Shown here: positions 58,169 through 64,000 of the stretch, piece after piece
Layout: each line of letters begins with the position of its first letter
How positions within the stretch are numbered: the first letter of the stretch is position 1
Virus record (IMG/VR): IMGVR_UViG_3300025122_000006
Direction: 5' to 3' (one strand)
Length of the DNA: 64,000 nt
Origin: a virus
Program-made: the position numbers and the translations under genes
The notes under the pieces: generated by a model
The model's input: only the letters and a program-made list of their open reading frames with translations
Databases searched by the model: none
What the model was told of the DNA's origin: nothing

Positions 58169-58468
58169 TTAAAAATTCACATCAATTCTTAGAGTTGGGC
58201 CATACTCTAGTTTCCAATTATTTTTTCTTTGGTGCTGGAGAAATATGTGAGGATCCAATTTGATATAATCATTTGCTTGATGTCTTATCCCAAATCTCAA
58301 TTTATTTTTATTTAAAATATTTCCAGAATCATGTGAATTCAAAGCCACCTCGTTAGACACATAAGGCTTAATTGGTGCTCCCACATCAAACTCAAATCGA
58401 GTATTATTTACTATTGTCACCGAACCCTCGGCGTAGCATAAGCTCATTAAAAAAACTACTAAAAACAT
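58169..58468 (-). CDS. Small secreted beta-strand protein (outer-membrane beta-barrel-like / DUF2490-like fragment)
   Basis: Signal peptide MFLVVFLMSLCYA, amphipathic strands, C-terminal LRIDVNF; GAGGAG RBS. Confidence 0.45.
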   Translation of the reverse strand: MFLVVFLMSLCYAEGSVTIVNNTRFEFDVGAPIKPYVSNEVALNSHDSGNILNKNKLRFGIRHQANDYIKLDPHIFLQHQRKNNWKLEYGPTLRIDVNF

Positions 58469-58517
58469 CGCATTTCTCCTCTGTTCCTAGTAGTTAGTTT
58501 TCATTTATTTGTTTCTT

Positions 58518-59291
58518 TTAGGGGCAATGTTTTGTCTTGTGAAAGTCACAATTAGAACAAGACTTTCTAATCTTGACAAAGTTTTTAGCCTTGATAGTTC
58601 TACACCCGTCTGTAAGTAATTTTGTAGCGTTTGTTGTCTTTCGCTTACCAGATGTTACACGAAAAATTTCAACTTTATTTTCCTTAGCTGTTCTCTTGAG
58701 GAGACCGAAATGAGTCTCAACTAAATCCGGATCGATATCATGCTTCTTGCAGAAAAATTTCTTATATAAAGTCAGCTGATAAGTCACCAGCTTTTCCGAT
58801 CTCTTCTCTGCTTTCCAGCCCCAACTGCAAGATTTCCAATCAAGAATATGATATTTCCCGTCCTCTGTCTTGATGACAAGATCCATGAAACCTTTGAGGT
58901 GCCACTTGTAAGCAAGTTCATCGATCTCTTCGTAAAGCCTCTCTTCCGTTGAGAATACTTCGTATTCTCCAAAGTGTTCTTTCAACTGTGGGAAGACAGA
59001 AGGGGAAATCTCTTTGCCCTGCTGCCGCATTTGCGTGATCATTTTGTTGTCTGGTTTGTCATCCAGTTTCTTTAGTTCACACAAAAATGCTAAATCAAAA
59101 TGTTCGTCATAATCTATAGGCTCTAATTCGCCTTTTGCTATATGTTCACAAACACTATGTATTGCCGTTCCAAATGCTGTAAAGACATTTCCAGTAAAAC
59201 CTTTAATCTTATCGATGTATTGTAGTTTGTGCTTAAAAGGGCACTCTGCCCAAGTTCTCAATTCTGAGAATGAAATGTGTTGCTTTGTCAT
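58518..59291 (-). CDS. PD-(D/E)XK nuclease, Cas4/AddB-like with Fe-S cysteines
   Basis: SFS.L..W.ECP, GTAIH, GFMD...ILDWKS, QL.LY, C..C.....C. Confidence 0.85.
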   Translation of the reverse strand: MTKQHISFSELRTWAECPFKHKLQYIDKIKGFTGNVFTAFGTAIHSVCEHIAKGELEPIDYDEHFDLAFLCELKKLDDKPDNKMITQMRQQGKEISPSVFPQLKEHFGEYEVFSTEERLYEEIDELAYKWHLKGFMDLVIKTEDGKYHILDWKSCSWGWKAEKRSEKLVTYQLTLYKKFFCKKHDIDPDLVETHFGLLKRTAKENKVEIFRVTSGKRKTTNATKLLTDGCRTIKAKNFVKIRKSCSNCDFHKTKHCP

Positions 59292-59956
59292 TAGTCCTCC
59301 AAATGAACAAGTTTATCTATTTTTGTGTATAGCACGGGGCTAATTTTTTGTAGGCTCGTTTTATCTCCGATAAAATATTCCTCGAATCCTCTAGCAAAAT
59401 ATTCACTAACTGATGTTGCTGCGTAACCAGAAACAAATATATTAACTGCTACTTGATTTAAAATATCATATCCAACTGTTTTGAAAAGAAAATTATCGAT
59501 ATCTTTATCATATTCAATATTAATTGAAAAGTCTTTTGGTAAATCAAACATATCTCCCAAAACAGTTGCTAAATTTTTTCTTTTTGCTATAAATTCTCTT
59601 TGCACAGTACCGGATCCATAAATCAATTCATCATTATTTCTTTCCACAGCATGCGCAAGTTCATGTATAATATCATCAATCATATCCATTTCATCTTCTT
59701 GTTGATTAGTTACATAAATTGCGCCATCTTCATAAAAAGCATTTATTTGTCGCTTTTTCATCTCAGGAAATTGTCCGATATAAATTATATCAACACCACT
59801 TGTTAAACGAAACGGGACTCTAGCATTTATATAATTAAAAACAAAATTAGGATCAATGGAATCTGGCAATTTGTCTTTAATGTAGACATCTATCCCGCTT
59901 ACTCTATACATATCTTTCAATTTCTTTCCTTTCTTGGCCGATTCTGTTATCCACAT
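59291..59956 (-). CDS. HEXXH zinc-metallopeptidase-like protein
   Basis: IIHELAHAVE...YAATSVSEYFA.GFE.Y...L..ISP.LY (lethal-factor/MtfA-like arrangement). Confidence 0.6.
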   Translation of the reverse strand: MWITESAKKGKKLKDMYRVSGIDVYIKDKLPDSIDPNFVFNYINARVPFRLTSGVDIIYIGQFPEMKKRQINAFYEDGAIYVTNQQEDEMDMIDDIIHELAHAVERNNDELIYGSGTVQREFIAKRKNLATVLGDMFDLPKDFSINIEYDKDIDNFLFKTVGYDILNQVAVNIFVSGYAATSVSEYFARGFEEYFIGDKTSLQKISPVLYTKIDKLVHLED

Positions 59957-59980
59957 AATTATTCACCATTAATTATTTAT

Positions 59981-60009
59981 AATATAACACAAAAGGAGAG
60001 ATTTGTCAA
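59981..60009 (-). promoter_or_regulatory. Sigma70-type promoter TTGACA-N17-TATATT (extended TG)
   Basis: Minus strand reads TTGACA AATCTCTCCTTTTGTGT TATATT ATAA; same architecture as 57148-57176. Confidence 0.8.
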
Positions 60010-60010
60010 A

Positions 60011-60430
60011 TTATTTATTTGTTCTCATAATCCAATCAGCAATCGGCAAAACGACATTCCAGTTTGAATTTGGGTTTTCCATATGATGTCTCCAATGCCA
60101 AGGCTGCCACATTCTAGCCCAGTGTGGATTCTGATGTCCGTAATTATGTAAAACTAAAAAGGCTATAGCGTAACAAATTGTAGCGCAAAAAAAGAAAGGG
60201 CTAATGTAATAAAAAGGTAAATGGATAAGGCCAAGTAAACATAAACCATGTGACTCCCTAGAAGAAATTCTAGAGTCGACAAAATTATTTTTTTTAGATA
60301 CTGCATGATGTCCCCTCAAATGAAAGGAAAAAATACTATCCTTTTTCCTTCCGTATTCATGAAATAGTTTCTTATGTACCCACCATTCCAAAAAACTAGC
60401 ATAAATAAATCCTAAAATAAAGGCTATCAT
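60011..60430 (-). CDS. Fatty acid hydroxylase / sterol desaturase family protein
   Basis: His boxes EWWVHKKLFH, H...HH, HNYGH, HWRHH; P..DW..RT terminus. Confidence 0.8.
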   Translation of the reverse strand: MIAFILGFIYASFLEWWVHKKLFHEYGRKKDSIFSFHLRGHHAVSKKNNFVDSRISSRESHGLCLLGLIHLPFYYISPFFFCATICYAIAFLVLHNYGHQNPHWARMWQPWHWRHHMENPNSNWNVVLPIADWIMRTNK

Positions 60431-61770
60431 AATAACTTAGCTGCAGCAGTTGCTAATTTGGATCGCTCTCCTTTCCTAAATGTAATGTGTCCAGCAAGCT
60501 CACTTTCCTTGAATTTCTCGACAGCATATGTTAAACCGTTATTAGTTTCATTTGTGTAAACATTGTCTATTTGTTCAATATCTCCAGTTAAAACAATTTT
60601 TGTATTCTCACCAACACGAGTAATGATAGTTTTAACTTCATGCGCGGTAAGATTTTGTGCTTCATCAATAATAACAAAAGAATTAGAAATTGATCTACCT
60701 CTTATGTAAGTAAGCGCTTCGATCTCTATTTGGCCTCTTTCAACATAACTTTCCAGCATTGTTCTGTCATTTCCCATAATAAATTGAATATTATCTTGAA
60801 TTGGCTTTAACCAAGGAAGCATTTTATTTTCTAATGTTCCTGGTAAAAAACCGATATCTTTCCCAACTGGCTGGACGGGTCTGGAAATCACAATTCTACG
60901 GTATTTTGCGTCTTTTTTACCTAAAGTTTGTTCAAGACCAGCCGCAATAGCCATCAAGGTTTTCCCCGAGCCTGCCTTGCCAATGAGAGAAATAAGCGGA
61001 ACTGTGTCATCAAATAAGAGATCATATGCGAAAGATTGCTCTTTGTTCCTAGGGAAAACACCCCAAAGAAGCTCACTATTTAAATCTATCAAGTGTTTAA
61101 TTGGCTCTTTATGATCCTTAAATCTAGCCAAAGCTGTCTTTTTTTCGTTACTAGATGATACAAGCATGATAAATTGATGAGGGTGCAATTTTATTTTTTG
61201 TTCATCGCATATATCTTTATCGATATTTACTTCTTCTCCGAGATAAAATTGGTTGATTAATTCTTCATCAACAAGTAGTTTTGCAAAACCATCATAAATT
61301 TTATTTCGATCTTCGACGACTCGAGTTGTAACATAGTCTTCCGAGATTAATCCTACAGCATCAGCAATAACTCGCATATTAATATCACGAGATACCACAA
61401 TCGTTTTTCTTCTAGAATATTGTTTTTTAATGGTTAATGCTGTTGCCAAGATAAGATGATCAGGTAGTTTATGAGACAAGTCTCTAGGAAGTTCGTTAAA
61501 GGCTATTTCTGACGCTTTGACCACCCGGATCAGCCCTAACCCTTTGGCAAGACGAACGCCCTTTAAAAGTGATCCTTGGGCTCTTAAAGCGTCCAAGTTT
61601 CTAATCGTCTGCCTTGCATTGTGTCCTACTGAGTCCTGGCGTTTTTTGTGCTTATCAATTTCTTCAAGAACTTTTAGAGGCAAAAATATATCATTATTTT
61701 GAAATTTAAACAAACAATTTGCATCCGAAAGAAATACGCTTGTGTCAAGAATTAAATTTTTTTTAGCCAT
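60427..61770 (-). CDS. phoH: PIN-domain PhoH-family ATPase (PhoH2/YlaK-type)
   Basis: PIN: LDTSV, VLEEID, DHLI, SRDINMR. PhoH: GKAGSGKT, GFLPG, YIRGRS, DEAQN, GDIEQID. Confidence 0.9.
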   Translation of the reverse strand: MAKKNLILDTSVFLSDANCLFKFQNNDIFLPLKVLEEIDKHKKRQDSVGHNARQTIRNLDALRAQGSLLKGVRLAKGLGLIRVVKASEIAFNELPRDLSHKLPDHLILATALTIKKQYSRRKTIVVSRDINMRVIADAVGLISEDYVTTRVVEDRNKIYDGFAKLLVDEELINQFYLGEEVNIDKDICDEQKIKLHPHQFIMLVSSSNEKKTALARFKDHKEPIKHLIDLNSELLWGVFPRNKEQSFAYDLLFDDTVPLISLIGKAGSGKTLMAIAAGLEQTLGKKDAKYRRIVISRPVQPVGKDIGFLPGTLENKMLPWLKPIQDNIQFIMGNDRTMLESYVERGQIEIEALTYIRGRSISNSFVIIDEAQNLTAHEVKTIITRVGENTKIVLTGDIEQIDNVYTNETNNGLTYAVEKFKESELAGHITFRKGERSKLATAAAKLL

Positions 61771-61824
61771 ATTTTTCCTGTTTTTAATTATGCACAAGAA
61801 CTACTTCTAGTTAGTTTTACTAAA

Positions 61825-62067
61825 TTAACGTTCAGGGCCGATGCCCATTTCATTCATCTTGATGATATACTCTAAAAGTTCTTGAAGTTTTGGATCCTTT
61901 GCAATTTGCCACCCAACGGTTCCGACTGCCGCTACTTCTTCTAAAGAAATATCGGCCGCGGAAGCAGTTTGGCACCAATAAATAATTGCTTTCATTATTT
62001 CCATAATTTGTGGATCTGCCTCTGCTTTTGCAAGAAAAGATTCCAAGTGTTTATCATTTAATTTCAT
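61825..62067 (-). CDS. Hypothetical protein
   Basis: Likely start MKLND at 62067 with AAGGA RBS; 80 aa. Confidence 0.6.
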   Translation of the reverse strand: MKLNDKHLESFLAKAEADPQIMEIMKAIIYWCQTASAADISLEEVAAVGTVGWQIAKDPKLQELLEYIIKMNEMGIGPER

Positions 62068-62497
62068 TTTGTTTTTCCTTTGCGGCACCAACGAGCCACG
62101 ATGATGATTGAACTTTTCCTCCCCCGATACCCCAAAGCATCTGAACATCAAGAAATTCACATAATTCAATTTCAGGAGTATTATTTTCTTTTCTATCCCC
62201 ACCATTTGCAAACGCGGTCGGCTGTAGTCTTCTTATAGCTTCGCAGACTGTATCGTCACGATCGTCTACGCTACTGACCATGTTTACTCCTATAATATTA
62301 CTCAGAATATAAGCGCGTTCATCATAAGGCATAAACACATAACCTTTTTTTCTTCGAAGCCAATCGTCCGAATTTACAACTACAATAACATCACCCAGCT
62401 GGGCGGCTTCCTGTATCATTTGAATATGACCCACGTGGACAGGATCAAACCCTCCACTTACCATAACTTTCCTTCTCTTTGCAGCTTCGTATGACAT
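62054..62497 (-). CDS. Cytidylyltransferase-family nucleotidyltransferase (TagD/RfaE-II-like)
   Basis: SGGFDPVHVGH, VNSD.WL.RKKG, NGGDR, KVQSSS. Confidence 0.85.
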   Translation of the reverse strand: MSYEAAKRRKVMVSGGFDPVHVGHIQMIQEAAQLGDVIVVVNSDDWLRRKKGYVFMPYDERAYILSNIIGVNMVSSVDDRDDTVCEAIRRLQPTAFANGGDRKENNTPEIELCEFLDVQMLWGIGGGKVQSSSWLVGAAKEKQNEIK

Positions 62498-62821
62498 TTA
62501 AACCTTTGCCATTAGTTTCGAAGCAGGAGAATCTGGTGTTAGTTTTGACAAAACAGTTTCTTGTAAATTAAAATTATCAATGAACGATTTAAGTTCCCCA
62601 AATGCTTTCTTAAAATCAGGCTCCATCAACACTTCGGTCTTGCCTCCGTGTCCATGAATGGCACGAACCTCTCCAATGCTATCATATACCGTTACACTCG
62701 GATGTTCACTCAACCAAGTAACAGCAACTTTACCATTATCAAAGACAAATCCTTGTGCGACCCTTCCTGTTCCAGAAATTCCACTTTCATCTTCGCTTCT
62801 TTTTAAATAAAATATTTTCAT
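62498..62821 (-). CDS. Hypothetical phage protein
   Basis: Likely start MKIFYLKR; R.ED.SG.SGTG.VA.G..F..G....W...IHGHGG. Confidence 0.7.
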   Translation of the reverse strand: MKIFYLKRSEDESGISGTGRVAQGFVFDNGKVAVTWLSEHPSVTVYDSIGEVRAIHGHGGKTEVLMEPDFKKAFGELKSFIDNFNLQETVLSKLTPDSPASKLMAKV

Positions 62822-62831
62822 ATCAAAATTC

Positions 62832-63242
62832 TTAAATCCATTCAAAATCGTCGTCACTATCATTTTCTTCATCGGGTTTATTAACAGCCTTAAGGGGTTC
62901 TATTTTATGGATATCAGATCTCCTAAAGTCTTTTATTATTTTTTCGTGATTTTTGGCAATAAAACCCAATGTCATCGTAAATACTTCAAAAAAATCCTCT
63001 ACATATGGCAATATTGTCAAAATCGAATCTCTAATTGAAATTTTCACTATTGGAGAGGATCTATCAATTTCCACTTCAAAATTCCTATCTCCACTTAAAT
63101 AGGCTTTAAAATCCGATTTTTCATTGAAATATTCGCACATTCGAATAATATAATAATTTTCTTCTCCATAAGATTCTAATTTTAGATCTATACCGTATTC
63201 TAGAACATCTTTTATGCCTGATGAAGTAAAATCGCCGCTCAT
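62832..63242 (-). CDS. Hypothetical protein
   Basis: 136 aa, coupled to the PMM stop codon; acidic C-terminus. Confidence 0.6.
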   Translation of the reverse strand: MSGDFTSSGIKDVLEYGIDLKLESYGEENYYIIRMCEYFNEKSDFKAYLSGDRNFEVEIDRSSPIVKISIRDSILTILPYVEDFFEVFTMTLGFIAKNHEKIIKDFRRSDIHKIEPLKAVNKPDEENDSDDDFEWI

Positions 63243-64000
63243 GGTTTATCCCTCAATTTCATTACAATATTATCGATAATTTCTTTTGTATGTTCGGGGC
63301 CTGCTGTGATATAACCTTTATCATCGCAAGCCTCAAAAATTTCATAATCATTACCCCCCACATCGCATCGATCACCTACAAACCACACATCCCAGTTACG
63401 GAAATGACGTAATCCATAAGTTTTATCCCACCCTTTAGGATAAATGTCAAAAGAAGTATCACCTCCAAATTTAATTGTCAATTTCCTTAACAATCCTTTT
63501 TGTTCTAACATTGCTTTAAGCTCATCTATCACTTTTTCTCTAATACCTTCGGTTTTATCTAAAGTTTTAAATATTGCTCTCTCTTCATCATCAGCATTGC
63601 GTCCGATAGGACACCAATTAATTAAAGATCCTCTGCAATTAATAAAATGTCCAGTGAGAGGAATTCCGTAGGTTGACATATGAACTTGAGATAAAATTAA
63701 TTCATCAATCAATTTACGATAATTATCAGCGCCGAGAGCTTTTTTCATAGAAACATATGTATTGAGTCTGAAATCTTCATTCGCAAATTTCGGAGGTCTA
63801 AAATATTTTGTTCCATTGCAAGGCATTAAGTGGGTCTTATAACGAGCAGACGATTTTAACAAAAATTCTCCCATTTGTTCCCTCAAATAATCCTCATCCG
63901 AACCGGTTATTATTCCAATATGAACACCGCAATTAACAAGTTGGTATAAAGAGTCACCCAAGAGAGCATAATCAAAAGATTGCCTAGGTTCCGTTAGTGT
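63239..64000 (-). CDS. pmm: Eukaryote-type phosphomannomutase (HAD-IIB), 5'-truncated by the window edge
   Basis: Frame is open to 64000 (TLTEPRQ..., consistent with DxDGTLT lying just outside). RGSLINWCPIGRN, GGDTSFDIYPKGWDKTY.L, GD....GGNDYEIF. Confidence 0.85.
   Translation of the reverse strand, partial: TLTEPRQSFDYALLGDSLYQLVNCGVHIGIITGSDEDYLREQMGEFLLKSSARYKTHLMPCNGTKYFRPPKFANEDFRLNTYVSMKKALGADNYRKLIDELILSQVHMSTYGIPLTGHFINCRGSLINWCPIGRNADDEERAIFKTLDKTEGIREKVIDELKAMLEQKGLLRKLTIKFGGDTSFDIYPKGWDKTYGLRHFRNWDVWFVGDRCDVGGNDYEIFEACDDKGYITAGPEHTKEIIDNIVMKLRDKP

Noticed and set aside
34079-62872. Several ORF-track start positions (34399, 35093, 35916, 43538, 48702, 51401, 52338, 61797, 62211, 62872)
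   Set aside because: Most use distal alternative codons overlapping the upstream gene; downstream ATGs with RBS or stop-start coupling are more plausible and were used instead.
166-63671. Numerous short plus-strand ORFs and nested minus-strand ORFs in the ORF track
   Set aside because: All are antisense or out-of-frame shadows of longer, motif-bearing minus-strand genes and have no recognisable motifs.
1-64000. CRISPR array, tRNA/rRNA, integrase/transposase, intein or intron
   Set aside because: No repeat-spacer pattern; intergenic gaps are tiny and AT-rich; no such protein motifs or interrupted ORFs seen. The Cas4-like gene stands alone.
1-64000. Stop-codon reassignment (seen in some jumbo phages)
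   Set aside because: Code 11 gives near-complete coding density, and TAA, TAG and TGA all end genes at sensible boundaries.

Overview
This is a 64-kb fragment of a large (jumbo-type) myovirus genome. It is AT-rich, uses the standard genetic code, and every credible gene lies on the minus strand, densely packed with frequent stop/start overlaps. Three blocks are visible. (1) About 1-34 kb is a baseplate/tail structural module: gp25, gp6-like wedge, gp7/P2-gpI-like giant protein with LamG domains, DNRLRE-like protein, HxH-tipped spike, M15 peptidase and several very large hypothetical virion proteins, followed by a phage sigma factor. (2) About 35.8-57.1 kb is a ~21-kb, almost entirely soluble sugar-biosynthesis and glycosylation locus: split RfaE heptose kinase and nucleotidyltransferase, Cj1427-like and DmhA/Gmd-like SDRs, a ColD-type His-substituted PLP dehydratase, Fcl- and RmlD-like reductases, cupins, a truncated TPP E1 alpha/beta pair, a B12 radical SAM enzyme, a methyltransferase and about 9 glycosyltransferase-like genes. 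(3) About 57-64 kb holds auxiliary genes: PiT-like transporter, small beta-barrel-like protein, Cas4-like nuclease, HEXXH protein, fatty-acid hydroxylase, PIN-PhoH, cytidylyltransferase and eukaryote-type PMM. The main observation is that a subset of the virion proteins is strongly enriched in the tripeptide [S/T]-[G/A]-S, while neighbouring structural proteins have almost none. Together with the adjacent membrane-independent glycan locus, this suggests a phage-encoded, sequon-directed virion O-glycosylation system using heptose or branched deoxy-sugars. All family assignments come from motif recognition by eye, and all counts are hand counts; no database search was run.
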